From Dendronephthya gigantea (taxonomy: Eukaryota): DNA of 64,000 nt. This document shows positions 35,618 to 49,302 of this stretch, in pieces; position 1 is the first letter of the stretch, and each line of letters opens with the position of its first letter. Location of the stretch: the NCBI RefSeq assembly GCF_004324835.1, contig NW_021163311.1, positions 74,208-138,207 of the forward strand, in the 5' to 3' direction. The notes under the pieces are model-generated. The model was not told the DNA's origin. It made no database searches and saw only the letters and a program-made list of their open reading frames with translations. The translations under genes were made by a program, and so were the position numbers.

Positions 35618-37228
35618 TCACACAACAACAGCAGTGGACATCCATCTCCCTTGAGACATTTCTGGAAGTTCTTCCCAAGAATGCCTTTCAAAGTTGAAAC
35701 CTTCAACTGACTTCAGCTCTCCTCCCGCACCCCACCCTCCCAGGACTACAATGTTGTTTTCAATAACAACTGCAGTACATCCCGACCTCTTACATCTCAT
35801 TGATGGCAGCATGTGACTTTGTTCTGTCTTGACATTGTAAATGATAACTGTATCTAATGCATTGTTATGTTTGTCAACGCCACCAATAACAACAATGTCG
35901 TCTCCCCATCTCACAGTTGCCATAGCACTCACTTCATACGGCAGTGGTGACAACTGTTTCAGCTCATTCTTCTTTATATCGTACAGTACGACACTGCTGA
36001 GGCTGTCTTTAAACCTTTCAGTTGTTCTTCCACCAACTATCACCAAATTATCATCAAATATTTCCATGGTGTGATGTTGTCTTGGTTCTGGCATTCTTGA
36101 TAAGGTCTTCACAGTATAGGGAGGAACAAGCTGGACTGCTCTGATCAAGTCAGATAAACCATTTCCATTATCACCTTCAGAGACTATCAACTGATCATTA
36201 TGCACCACACTGCTGTGGAATCTCAAATTATCAGGTAGTTTAACAGGACAGTCACTCCAGTGTGTTGAGAGATCAGGGTTTGGGTCAATATTCATTCTAA
36301 TCATATCATGTAAAATGCCAGATCCACAACCACCCCCAGCTATAGTCATATGATTGTTATAAATAAATGAAGTCGCTCCATAACGTTTCTTTGGCATTGA
36401 TTGTAATGGCGACCATGTTCTTTGATGCCAGTTAAACATCTCTACAGAGTTAGTTTTATAACCACCAGCAACAATTATATTTTTCTTATCACCGCTTGGT
36501 CTATTTATTACTTTTCTTGTGTTTTCTACTTTCTTGCCCTCCATCGTGATAAGGACGTCCTTCATTTCATCAAAAGCTCTGACCAAAGCTGTTTTCAATC
36601 CTTTGACTTCGTTGTTAACCGCTTCGAGTTTTCCTTCCATATCTGCTTTTATATCTGCTTTTAAGTCCGCGGTATTTTTGTCTATTTTTCTCTCTAAATT
36701 TGTTATTTTAGTTTCAATTGTTGCATTATTCCGCGCCATTCTTTCCTCCATATTTGCCAAAGTTTTGGTTATTTCTCCGCACGAGTGACACTTCAACTTT
36801 CGGAATTCACAGACTTCACTTTCATGGTGAATAAGATCACGCTTGTTGACAATTAAACCACAGCCTTGGTTTGTACAAACGGCTGGTGTATATCCACATG
36901 TATCTTCATGGCGGTCAAGATGCTGTACTTCTACAACTTCTTGACAACCTCTGTCGATGTAAACGCAACGAATTTTCGATTCATTTAAAAAATCTTTTAC
37001 CATTCGTGAAGGTTCGGCCAAAGTCTCTACGGTCAGTTCATCAGCACACGTTGGGCATGTCTGAGAATTTTCCAGATGTTTCGTAATACAACAACGGCAA
37101 AAAGAATGCTGGTTTCTCGAACACATAACCGGCTCTTTCAAGACATTGAAGCAAATCTGACAATGAAAATTTTGATTGATTTTGTCCACAAACCTTTCTT
37201 CATCGTAGCCTTGTATACATGAAGCCAT
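35618..37228 (-). CDS. RING-TRAF-Kelch protein, array copy 4 (536 aa, intact)
   Basis: Full-length ORF, begins MASCIQGYDEERF. Confidence 0.85.
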   Translation of the reverse strand: MASCIQGYDEERFVDKINQNFHCQICFNVLKEPVMCSRNQHSFCRCCITKHLENSQTCPTCADELTVETLAEPSRMVKDFLNESKIRCVYIDRGCQEVVEVQHLDRHEDTCGYTPAVCTNQGCGLIVNKRDLIHHESEVCEFRKLKCHSCGEITKTLANMEERMARNNATIETKITNLERKIDKNTADLKADIKADMEGKLEAVNNEVKGLKTALVRAFDEMKDVLITMEGKKVENTRKVINRPSGDKKNIIVAGGYKTNSVEMFNWHQRTWSPLQSMPKKRYGATSFIYNNHMTIAGGGCGSGILHDMIRMNIDPNPDLSTHWSDCPVKLPDNLRFHSSVVHNDQLIVSEGDNGNGLSDLIRAVQLVPPYTVKTLSRMPEPRQHHTMEIFDDNLVIVGGRTTERFKDSLSSVVLYDIKKNELKQLSPLPYEVSAMATVRWGDDIVVIGGVDKHNNALDTVIIYNVKTEQSHMLPSMRCKRSGCTAVVIENNIVVLGGWGAGGELKSVEGFNFERHSWEELPEMSQGRWMSTAVVV

Positions 37229-37860
37229 ATTTCACGTCGTTCTTGTGTCGTAATAATAAAGCAAGTTCTGTGTTGTTTGTCGTTCTGTAGTATAAACCTC
37301 GCTGTATAGACTGAATATAGATACAGTGTTCGTTCTTGGAGAAGTCTGGGTTTATTTGCTGGAAATCTTTTGATCTGTTTAGAAAGGCAGACACATATCG
37401 CTTCGGTATAAAGTATTTAAAGCGTCTTTTGTTGACAGGAATTTGTAGTATGAAAAAAGATATTTTTATCATGTCTTGTGACGAAAGGTCATAACCTCTT
37501 CTTCAAATACTGACTTGCAATTGGTTGTGTTTTAGTGTTTATGCAGGTAGGAATTTCTTATTTCATTATATGGAAATGAGTTCAAAGAAAACGATACTTT
37601 ATACCAAGAAAAATCAATCATAATAATGAAATATTTAGACTAAAACATTGTAATCGATGTTGATAAAGTCTGCATCAGAATTTGTCCCAAATCTTTTACA
37701 AAATCATGTGTTAAAACATACAAACTGCCTTTGTTTAAAAATACTTCACACAACGCTACACAGACTGATATATATTTTGTTTATAATATCGCAACGGGTG
37801 GTTGCCAGGCAATATTATTACTGGTTTCAACTGGTTTTATGAGTGAGGGATTTTAATAGG

Positions 37861-38103
37861 GCTGGTTGTATCAAGCCCGTTTAGCTTAAACGGTGGATAA
37901 GTCAAAATTAAATAACACTCTTACATCTCTCTTGAATGAGTCAACTTGAATATTATGCACTGAATATGTAGTTGTAAACAGTATCTTTGTATTAGGGTTA
38001 AAAATATTCAGTTCGCTTGTTGAATAAAACGGCAGACTTTCTTGCTATTTTGAACTTACCACCGTTTAAGTTTAAGCTAAACGGGGTTGATACAACCGGC
38101 CCC
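37861..38103. mobile_element. MITE family A copy between array units 4 and 5
   Basis: It has the same TIRs and explains the longer unit spacing. Confidence 0.7.
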
Positions 38104-39228
38104 TGTGTTTTAACGTTCTAATAGTCGACTAATTCCTAAGTATTAAGACGTGTCCTACTGACGTTTGTCGTAGCTTATTTGCTGCTACTGAAAAATGTCG
38201 CCATTATGAAATTTTGCAACTATTTTGTTGCAAAATATCAGGATTTGTAATTGTTCAGCAAAATAATATATGAAAATGATATTCCTCGGTCTGCTGTATA
38301 AAAAGGTATTGAATCACAATTGGTCAATCACAATTCCGTATTCTGTAGTTAACTACGATAATTATCTGTCGCATTGCATTGGATCAATCCTTTTATATAA
38401 TATAAACTCACATTCGCTCTTGTCAGCTCACTCCGTACACTGTATATAGCTCAGTGACCAGAGCTGTCACGACGTCATCGCTCATGACGTAATGTTTGAT
38501 TTCAGAAGGAAACCTGGAAGTCTGGTAATTGCTAAATCTTCTCAACTGTCCCAAGGTTAGGACTTAAAACTATATAAATTTCACTCGATTTTCCATCAAC
38601 CAAAAACTCACACGTAAAAATGGTTCCATTCGACTCAAATGAAAAATATTTTTGCTATTTGTACGAGTGTTTTCCTACGAATTTAGAAAGAACTTTACAA
38701 GAAAGTGTCTTTGACTTTATAATTAAACTTATCCATGCAAAAAGGAATAAAAACATTGACAATGGACCGTTTAAGGATTTCCTTAATAAGTCATTTAATA
38801 TTTATTCTTTCTTAGTACGATACAATATGAAAATTTTTACCATTAATCTATTTACAAACATTTTGCTGTAATTTCAAGTCAAAAGCGATGGTTTACAAGC
38901 AAACTTGTGGCGCTTTCTTGCTATATGGGTAAGCGAAAGTCTTTCGTTAATCATAACCCTGATTTGAACCGTTATTGAAATATTTGAAAAATGATTGTTT
39001 ATATTCTTGTTTGTTTCTACAAGGAATAAGATTTGTCTAAAAACTAAATGTTTTGAAATCTAGGAACCGCTTATTACGAACTTTCGCCACAATCCTTCTC
39101 AAAAAACATGCAGAAAATTACATAATATATCTACAACTAAATATTTTGAATATCTACTCTAAATCGTATATATTATGATTATGGCAATACTTCACATAAA
39201 CGAGTTCATCAACATCCGACGACACTTT

Positions 39229-40839
39229 TCACACAACAACAGCAGTGTGTATCCATCTCGCTCGAGACATTTCTGGAAGTTCTTCCCAAGAATACCTTTC
39301 AAAGTTGATACCTTCAACTGCCTTCAGCTTTCCTTCCTCACCCCTCCCTCCCAGGACTACAATGTTGTTTTCAATAACAACTGCAGTACATCCCCTCCTC
39401 TTACATCTCATTGATGGCAGCATGTGACTTTCTTCTGTCTTCACATTGTAAATGATAACTGTATCTAATTCATTGCCATGTTTGTCAACGCCACCAATAA
39501 CAACAATGTTGTCTCCCCATCTCACAGTTGCCATAGCACTCACATCATACGGCAGTGGTGACAACTGTTTCAGCTCATTCTTCTTTATATCGTACAGTAC
39601 GACACTGCTGAGGTTATCTTTGTAATTGTCAGTTGTACTTCCACCAACTATGAACAAATTATCATCAAATATTTCCATGCTGTGATATTGTCTTGGTTCT
39701 GGCATTCTTGATAAGGTCTTCACAGTATAGGGAGGAACAAGCTGGACTGCTTTGATCAGGTCAGATGAAACATTTTTATTACCACCTCCAGAGACTATCA
39801 ACTGATCATTATACAGCACACTGCTGTGGTTTCTCAACTTATCAGGTAGTTTAACAGGACAGTCACTCCAGTGTGTTGAGAGATCACAGTTTGGGCCAGT
39901 ATTCATTCTAATCATATCATCAACAATGCCAGATAAACCACAGTCACCCCCAGCTATAGTCATATGATTGTTATAAATAAATGAAGTCGCTCCATAACGA
40001 TTCTTTGGCATTGATTGTAATGGCGACCATGTTCTTTGACGCCAGTTAAACATCTCTACAGAATTAGTTCCTACACCTCCAGCAACAATTATATTTTCCT
40101 TATCACCACTTGGTCTATTTCTTACTTTTCTTGTGTTTTCTTCTATCTTGCCCTCCATCGTGATAAGAACGTCCTTCATTTCATCAAAAGCTCTGACCAA
40201 AGCTATTTTCAAACCATCGACTTTGTTGTTAACCGCTTCGTGTTTTCCCTCCATATCTGCTTTTAAATCTGTGGTATTTCTCGACATGTTTCGCTCTAGT
40301 TTTGTTATTTTAGTTTCAATTGTTATATTATTCTTCTCGATATTCGCCATTCTTTCCTCCATATCTGCCAAAGTTTTCGTGATTTCTCCGCACGAGTGAC
40401 ACTTCAACTTTCGGAATTCACAGACTTCACTTTCATGGTAAATAAGATCACGCTTGTTGACAATTAAACCACAGCCTTGGTTTCTACAAACGGCTGGTGT
40501 ATATCCACATGTATCTTCATGGCGGTCAAGATGCTGTAATTCCACAACTTCTTGACAACCTCTGTCGATGTAAACGCAACGAATTTTTGATTCCTTCAAA
40601 AAATCTCTTACCATTCGTGGTGGCTCGACTAAAGTCTCTACGGTCAGTTCATCAGCACACGTTGGACATGTTTGAGAATTTTCAAGATGTTTCGTAATAC
40701 AACAACGGCAAAAAGAATGCTGGTTTCTCGAACACATAACCGGCTCTTTCAAGACATTGAAGCAAATCTGACAAAGGAAATTTTGATTCACTTTGTCCAC
40801 AAACCTTTCTTCATCGTAGCCTTGTATATATGAAGCCAT
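39229..40839 (-). CDS. RING-TRAF-Kelch protein, array copy 5 (536 aa, intact)
   Basis: Full-length ORF. Confidence 0.85.
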   Translation of the reverse strand: MASYIQGYDEERFVDKVNQNFLCQICFNVLKEPVMCSRNQHSFCRCCITKHLENSQTCPTCADELTVETLVEPPRMVRDFLKESKIRCVYIDRGCQEVVELQHLDRHEDTCGYTPAVCRNQGCGLIVNKRDLIYHESEVCEFRKLKCHSCGEITKTLADMEERMANIEKNNITIETKITKLERNMSRNTTDLKADMEGKHEAVNNKVDGLKIALVRAFDEMKDVLITMEGKIEENTRKVRNRPSGDKENIIVAGGVGTNSVEMFNWRQRTWSPLQSMPKNRYGATSFIYNNHMTIAGGDCGLSGIVDDMIRMNTGPNCDLSTHWSDCPVKLPDKLRNHSSVLYNDQLIVSGGGNKNVSSDLIKAVQLVPPYTVKTLSRMPEPRQYHSMEIFDDNLFIVGGSTTDNYKDNLSSVVLYDIKKNELKQLSPLPYDVSAMATVRWGDNIVVIGGVDKHGNELDTVIIYNVKTEESHMLPSMRCKRRGCTAVVIENNIVVLGGRGEEGKLKAVEGINFERYSWEELPEMSRARWIHTAVVV

Positions 40840-42587
40840 ATTTCACGTCGTTCTTGTGTCGTAATAATAAAGCAAGTTCTGTGTTGTTTGTCGCTCTGTA
40901 GTATAAACCTCGCTGTATAGACTGAATATAGATGTAGTGTTCGTTCTGGGAGAAGTCTGTGTATTTGCTTGAAATCTTTTGATCGGTTTAGAAAAGGCAG
41001 ACAAATATCGCGTCTGTATAAAGTGTTTAAAGCGTCTTTTGTTGACAGGAATTTGTAGCATGGAAAAATATATTTTTATCAGGTCTTGTGACAAAAGGTC
41101 ATCACCTCTAGTTCAAATACTGACTTGCAATTGGTTGTGTTTTAGTGTTTATGTTAGCAAGAATTTCTTATTTCATTATATGGAAATGAGTTCGAAGAAA
41201 ACGATACTTTATACCAAGAAAAAATCAATCATAATAATGAAATATTTAGACTAAGTACATTGTAATCGATGTTAATAAAGTCTGCATCAGAATTTGTCTC
41301 AAATCTTTTACAAAATCATGTGTTAAAACATACAAACTGCCTTTGTTTAAAAATATTTTATACGACGCTAGGCAGACTCATATATATTTTGTTTATAATA
41401 TCTTAACGGGTGGTCGCCAGGCAATATTATTATTGGTTTCAACTGGTTTTATCAGTGAGGGTTTTTAATACGAGTGTTTTTACGTTTTAATAGTCGACTA
41501 ATTCCTAAGTATTAAGATATGTCTTATTGACGTTTGTCGTAGCTTATTTGCAACCGAAAAACGTCGCCATTATGAAATTTTGCAACCACTTTGTTGCAAA
41601 ATATCAGGATTTGTAATTGTCCAGCGAAATAATATATGAAAATGATATTCCTCGGTCTGTTGTATAAAAAGGTATTGAATCACAATTGGTCAATCACAAT
41701 TCCGTATTCTGTAGTTAACTACGATAATTATCTGTCACATTGCATTGGATCAATCCTTTTATATAATATAAACTCACATTCGCTCATGTCAGCTCACTCC
41801 GTACACTGTATATAGTTCAGTGACCAGAGCTGTTCACGTCATCGCTCATGACGTAATGTTTGATTTCTGAAGGAAGCCTGGAAGTCTGGTAATTCCTAAA
41901 TTCTTCTAAACTGTCCCAAGGTTAGGACTTAAAACTATATAAATTTCACTCGATTTTCCATCAACCAAATACTCACACGTAAAAATGGTTCGATTCGACT
42001 CAAATGAAAAATAATTTTGCCATTTCTACGAGTGTTTTCGTACGAATTTAGAAAGAACTTTATAAGAAAGTGTCTTTATAACCAAACTTATCCATGCAAA
42101 AAGGAATAAAAACATTGACAATGGACCGTTTAGGGATTTCCTCAATAAATCATTTAATATTTATTCTTTCTTAGTAGGATACAACATAAAAATTTTTACA
42201 ATTAATCTATTTACAAACATTTTGCTGTTGTCTCAAGTCAATAGCGATGGTTTACAAGCAAATTTGTGGCGCTTTCTTGCTATATGGGAAAGCGAATGTC
42301 TTTCGTTAATCATAACCCTGATTTAAACCGTTAATGAAATATTTGAAAAATGATTGTTTATATTCTTGTTTCCTTCTACAAGGAATGAAATTTGTCTAAA
42401 AACTAAATGTTTTGAAATCTAGGAACCACTTGTTACGAACTTTCGCCACAATCCTTCTCAAAAAACATGCATAAAATTATATAATATATTTACAACTAAA
42501 TATTTTGAATATCTGCTCTAAATAGTTCATATTATGATTATGGCTATACTTCACATAAACGAGTTCATCAAGATCCGACGTCACTTT

Positions 42588-44191
42588 TCACACAACAACA
42601 GCATTGTGAATCCATCTTGCTTCAGACATTTCTGGAAGTTTTTTCCAAAAATACCTTTCAAAGTTGAAACATTCAACTGACTTCAACTTTCCTCCATCAC
42701 CCCACCCTCCCAGGACTACAATGTTGTTTTCAATAACAACTGCAGTACATCCCTTTCTCTTACATCTCATTGATGGCAGCATGTGACTTTGTTCTGTCTT
42801 GATATTGTAAATGATAACTGTATCTAATGTCTTGCCATGTTTGTCAGTGCCACCAATAACAACGATGTTGTCTCCCCATTTCACAATTGCCATATCACTC
42901 ACTTCATACGGCAGTGGTGACAACTGTTTCAGCTCATTCTTTTTATATCGTACAGCACAACACTGCTTAGGTTGTCTTTGTTATTACCAGTTCTTCCACC
43001 AACTATCAACAATTTATCATCAAATATTTTCATGCTGTGACCTTGTCTTGGTTTTGGCATTCTTGATAAGGTCTTCACAGTATAGGGAGGAACAAGCTGG
43101 ACTGCTCTGATCAAGTTAGATGAAATAATTCCATCATCACCTCCAGAGACTATCAACTGATCATTATACAGCACACTGCTGTGGTTTCTCAACTCACGAG
43201 GTAGTTTAACAGGACAGTTACTCCAGTGTGTTGAGAGATCAGGGTTTGGGTCAATATTCATTCTAATCATATCATCAACAATGTCAGGAAAAACAGAGCA
43301 ACCCCCAGCTATAGTCATATGATTGTTGTAAATAAATGAAGTCGCTCCCCAAAGTTTCTCTGGCATTGATTGTAATAGCGACCATGTTCTTTGACGCCAG
43401 TTAAACATCTCTACAGAGTTAGTTCCTACACCTCCAGCGACAATTATATTTTCCTTATCACCATTTGGTCTATTTCTTTTTTTTCCTGTGTTTTCTTCTT
43501 TCTTGCCCTCCATTGTGATAAGAACGTTCTTCATTTCATCAAAAGCTCTGACCAAAGCTGTTTTTAATCCTATGACTTCGTTGTTAACCGCTTCGAGTTT
43601 TCCTTCCAGATCTGCTTTTAAATCTGCGACTGTGGTATTTCTCGCCATATTTTTTTCTAAATTTGTTATTTTAGTTTCAATTGTTGTATTATTCTTCGCC
43701 ATTCTTTCCTCCATATCTGCCAAAGTTTTGGTCATTTCTCCGCACGAGTGACACTTCAACTTTCGGAATTCACAGACTTCACTTTCATGGTGAATAAGAT
43801 CACGCTTGTTGACAATTAAACCACAGCCTTGGTTTGTACAAACGGCTGGTGTATATCCACATGTATCTTCATGGCGGTCAAGATGCTGTAATTCTACAAC
43901 TTCTTGACAACCTCTGTCGATGTAAACGCAACGAATTTTCGATTCATTTAAGAACTCTTTTACCATTCGCGGTGGTTCGATCAAAGTCTCTAAGTTCAGT
44001 TCATCAGCGCACGTTGGGCATGTTTGAGAATTTTCCAGATGTTTCGTAATACAACAACGGCAAAACGAATGCTGGTTTGTCGGACAAAGGACAGGCTCTT
44101 TCAAGACATTGAAGCAAATCTGACACAGGAAATTTTGATTGATTTTGTCCACAAACCTTTCTTCATCGTAGCCTTGTATATATGAAGCCAT
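42588..44191 (-). pseudogene. RING-TRAF-Kelch array copy 6, frameshifted (420 aa + 111 aa pieces)
   Basis: The frame breaks at about 42925 between the ORFs 42929-44191 and 42588-42923. The sequence is almost identical to copy 2, flanks included. Confidence 0.75.
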
Positions 44192-45898
44192 ATTTCACGT
44201 CGTTCTTGTGTCGTAATAATAAAGCAAGTTCTGTGTGTTTGTCGCTCTGTAGTATAAACCTCGCTGTATAGACTGAATATAGATACAGTGTTCGTTCTTA
44301 GAGAAGTCTGTGTATTTGCTTGAAATCTTTTGATCGGTTTAGAAAAGGCAGACAAGTATCGCTTCGGTATAAAGTGTTTAAAGCGTCTTTGTTGACAGGA
44401 ATTTGTAGTATGAAAAAAAGTTATTTTTATCAGGTCTTGTGACGAAAGGTCATCACCTCTTCTTCAAATACTGACTTGCAATTGGTTGTGTTTTAGTGTT
44501 TATGCAGGTAGGAATTTCTTATTTCATTATATGGAAATGAGTTCAAAGAAAACGATACTTTATACCAAGAAAAATCAATCATAATAATGAAATATTTAGA
44601 CTAAGTACATTGTAATCGATGTTAATAAAGTCTGCATCAGAATTTGTCTCAAATCTTTTACAAAATCATGTGTTAAAACATACAAACTGCCTTTGTTTAA
44701 AAATATTTCACACAACGCTACACAGACTGATATATATTTTGTTTATAATATCGCAACGGGTGGTTGCCACTTGCCAGGCAATATTATTACTGGTTTCAAC
44801 TGGTTTTATCAGCCAGGATTTTTAATACGAGTATTTTTACGTTTTAATAGTCGACTAATTCCTAAGTATTAAGACGTGTCTTACTGACGTTTGTCGTAGC
44901 TTATTTGCTGCTACTGAAAAATGTCGCCATTATGAAATTTTGCAACTATTTTGTTGCAAAATATCAGGATTTGTAATTGTTCAGCAAAATAATATATGAA
45001 AATGATATTCCTCGGTCTGCTGTATAAAAAGGTATTGAATCACAATTGGTCAATCACAATTCCGTATTCTGTAGTTAACTACGATAATTATCTGTCGCAT
45101 TGCATTGGATCAATCCTTTTATATAATATAAACTCACATTCGCTTTTGTCAGCTCACTCCGTACACTGTATATAGCTCAGTGACCAGAGCTGTCACGACG
45201 TCATCGCTCATGACGTAATGTTTGATTTCTGAAGGAAGCCTGGAAGTCTGGTAATTCCTAAATTCTTCTCAACTGTCCCAAGGTTAGGACTTAAAACTAT
45301 ATAAATTTCACTCGATTTTCCATCAACCAAATACTCACACGTAAAAATGGTTCGAATCGACTCAAATGAAAAATAATTTTGCCATTTCTACGAGTGTTTT
45401 CGTACGAATTTAGAAAGAACTTTATAAGAAAGTGTCTTTATAACCAAACTTATCCATGCAAAAAGGAATAAAAACATTGACAATGGACCGTTTAGGGATT
45501 TCCTTAATAAATCATTTAATATTTATTCTTTCTTAGTAGGGTACAATATAAAAAAATTTACCATTAATCTATTTACAAACATTTTGCTGTTGACTCAAGT
45601 CAAAAGCGATGGTTTACAAGCAAATTTGTGGCGCTTTCTTGCTATATGGGAAAGCGAAAGTCTTTCGTTAATCATAACCCTGATTTGAACCGTTATTGAA
45701 ATATTTGAAAAATGATTGTTTACATTCTTGTTTGCTTCTACAAGGAATCAAATTTGTCTAAAAACTAAATGTTTTGAAATCTAGGAAGCACTTGTTACGA
45801 ACTTTGACCACAATCCTTCTCAAAAAACATGTAAAAAATTATATAATATATTTACAACTAAATATTGTAAATATCTACTCTAAATAGTTCATATTATG

Positions 45899-46136
45899 CA
45901 GAGTTGCAAAAAGAGTTCAACCTTCCTCCGGTAGGATTTCAAGTTTTGAAAACCTTACTCAAAATGACGTTACGTCACTGAGTCAAGTAGCAGCCAGCAT
46001 AAAGAAATATTTGGTTTTTTGGTACATACATGTGATCAATTAGAGTGTTCAACTTTGAACCTTCCTCACAAACCTCGTTCAAAGCAAACCTTCCTCCGGG
46101 TGGTACCCGCATACCCGCAGCTTTTTTGCAACTCTG
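45899..46136. mobile_element. Second copy of the hAT-like MITE, inserted about 50 bp 3' of array copy 7; TSD atattatg
   Basis: The TSD is at 45891-45898 and 46137-46144. Unoccupied paralogous sites (catattatgattatgg) are present downstream of the other array copies. Confidence 0.75.
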
Positions 46137-46190
46137 ATATTATGATTATGGCAATACTTCAAATAAACGAGTTCAATATTCACATATTGT

Positions 46191-47826
46191 TCACACAACA
46201 ACAGCAGTGGGCCGCCATCTTACTTTAGACATTTCTGGAAGTTCTTCCCAAGAATACCTTTCAAAGTTGAAACCTTCAACTGACTTCAGCTTTCCTCCCT
46301 CACCCAACCCTCCCAGGACTACAATGTTGTTTTCAATAACAACTGCAGTACATCCAAACCTCTTACATCTCATTGATGGCAGCATGTGACTTTGTTCTGT
46401 CTTGACATTGTAAATGATAACTGTATCTAATGGCTTGCTATGTTTGTCAACACCACCAATAACAACAATGTTGTCTCCCCATCTCACAGTTGCTATATCA
46501 CTCACTTCATACGGCAGTGGTGACAACTGTTTCAGCTCATTCTTCTTTATATCGTACAGTACGACACTGCTGAGGTTGTCTTTGGAATAAGGAGTTGAAC
46601 TTCCACCAACTATCAACAAATTATCATCAAATATTTCCATGCTGTGACATTGTCTTGGTTTTGGCATTCGTGATAAGGTCTTCACAGTATAGGGAGGAAC
46701 AAGCTGGACTGATCTGATCAAGTCAGATAAACCATTTCTATTACCACCTCCAGAGATTATCAACTGATCATTATACAGCACACTGCTGTGGTATCTCAAC
46801 TTATCAGGTAGTTTAACAGGACAGCCATTCCAGTGTGTTGAGAGATCAGGGTTTGGGTCAATATTCATTCTAATCATATCATCAGCAATGCCAGACCAAC
46901 CACAGCCACCCTCAACTATAGTCATATGATTGTTATAAATAATTGAAGTCGCTCCATGACGTTCCTCTGGCATTGATTGTAATGGCGACCATGTTCTTTG
47001 ACGCCAGTTAAACATCTCTACAGAGCTAGTTCCTACACCTCCAGCAACAATTATATTTTCCTTATCACCACTTGGTCTATTTCTTACTTTTCTTGTGTTT
47101 TCTTCTATCTTGCCCTCCATCGTCATAAGAACGTCCTTCATTTCATCAAAAGCTCTGACCAAAGCTGTTTTTAATCCTTTGACTTCGTTGTTAACCGCTT
47201 CGTGTTTTCCTTCCATGTCTGCTTTTATATCTGCCGTATTTTTCTCGATATTCCGTGCAACATTTCGCTCCAAATTTGTTATTTTAGTTTCAATTGTTAC
47301 ATTATTCTTCCTCATGTTCTTCTCCATATTCGCCATTCTTTCCTCCATGTCTGCCAAAGTTTTCGTTATTTCTCCGCACGAGTGACACTTCAACTTTCGG
47401 AATTCACAGACTTCACTTTCATGGTGAATAAGATCACGCTTGTTGACAATTAAACCACAGCCTTGGTTTGTACAAACGACTGGTGTGTATCCACATGTAT
47501 CTTCATGGCGGTCAAGATGCTGTAATTCTACAACTTCTTGACAACCTCTGTCGATGTAAACGCAACGAATTTTCGATTCATTTAAGAAATCTTTAACCAT
47601 TCGCGGTGCTTCGATCAAAAGTCTCTACAGTCAGTTCATCAGCACACGTTGGACATGTTTGAGAATTTTCCAGATGTTTCGTAATACAACAACGGCAAAA
47701 AGAATGCTGGTATCTCCAACACATAACCGGCTCTTTCAAGACGTTGAAGCAAATGTGACAATGAAAATTTCGATCGATTTTGTTCACAAACCTTTCTTCA
47801 TCGTAGCCTTGTACATATGAAGCCAT
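46191..47826 (-). pseudogene. RING-TRAF-Kelch array copy 7, frameshifted near the RING/TRAF junction (475 aa + 77 aa pieces)
   Basis: An extra A at about 47600 (gatcaaaagtctc against gatcaaagtctc in the other copies). This could also be a sequencing error. A hAT-like MITE sits about 50 bp downstream of the stop. Confidence 0.6.
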
Positions 47827-49302
47827 ATTTCACGTCGTTCTTGTGTCGTAATAATAAAGCAAGTTCTGTGTTGTTTGTCGCTCTGTAGTATAAACCTCGC
47901 TGTATAGACTGAATATAGATAAAGTGTTCGTTCTTGGGAAGAAGTCTGTGTTTGTACTTTTTCAAATCGCTACAAAATTATCCGTTCGGAACAGCAGACA
48001 AATATCGCTTACGTGTAAAGTGGTTATAGACAGGAATTTGCTGCTATGAAAATATGATATTATTATCATGTCTTGTGACAACAAACAGGTCATCACCTGC
48101 TGTTCAAATGCTGACTTGCAATTGGTTGTGTTTATGTTGATAGGTATTTCTTATTTCATTATATGGAAATGAGTTCGAAGAAAATTATACTTTATACCAA
48201 GAAATATCAATCATAATAATGAAATATTTAGACGAAGTACATTGTAATCGATGTTGATAAAGTCTGCATCAGAATTTGTCTGAAATCTTTTACAAAATCA
48301 TGTGTTAAAACATACAAACTGCCTTTGTTTAAAAATATTTCACACAACGATACACAGACTGATATATATTTTGTTTATAATGTCACAACGGGTGGTCGCC
48401 AGGCAATATTATTATTGGTTTCAAGTGGTTTTATCAGCGAGGGTTTTTTAACGAGTGTTTTAACGTTCTAATTATTAATTGTTTTAATGTTCTAAGTATT
48501 AAGACGTGTCTTACTGACGTTTGTCGTAGCTTATTTGCTAGCGAAAAATGTCGCAATTATGAAATTTTGCAACTATTTTGTTGCAAAATACCAGGATTTG
48601 TAATTGTTCGGCGCATTATTGCGAGGAAAGTCCAAATAACATCATCTTGGAAACGCAAGATTTGAGTTCGTAGAACTCTCGTTATGTTTCGACTTTATTC
48701 CAAAGTTTTTTGTCAATGGGCTTGACAGTAACTTTGGAATAACAGGTTTTCTTCTTTTGATGGATGAGATTGAGTTGATAAGTTACGAATGTTTAAATAA
48801 GAGCAATTGTACCCAAAGAGCATTCATAACTATTCACTCGTTTCCATCTGTCACTTGTCGCTTTGCGAACATATGCGAACAGGCTTGTAGCTTTGTTTTT
48901 CGCCTTTGCTTCTACCCGCAAATTTTAGGGCGGGTGGAACACAGGTCTGTGTTCGGGCTAAATTTATCGGCGATATCCATTGTCGGTGGAAATTAATGCA
49001 TAAAACGCTTTGGCTTTTAAAAGAAATTTTATCTACTTTATTGATAACCGACAATGGATCGTGGAAAACCGCTGGTAAAAGTAACACAATGAATCCCAGA
49101 TTCTGAAGTTTGGTTTCCATTTGATCGTAATTGTCGTGAAGAAGCCATTTTCATCGATGAGAAATAGTCTGGATGTGACTTTGTCTTTACTTCAGTATTT
49201 AAATCGGTCATTGTCGATTGGACACACATAGAAATACTCTCAAACACATCGACCACCTTGACATGTTCACGACACTCACGAACAAACGGAAACCAGAAGC
49301 CA

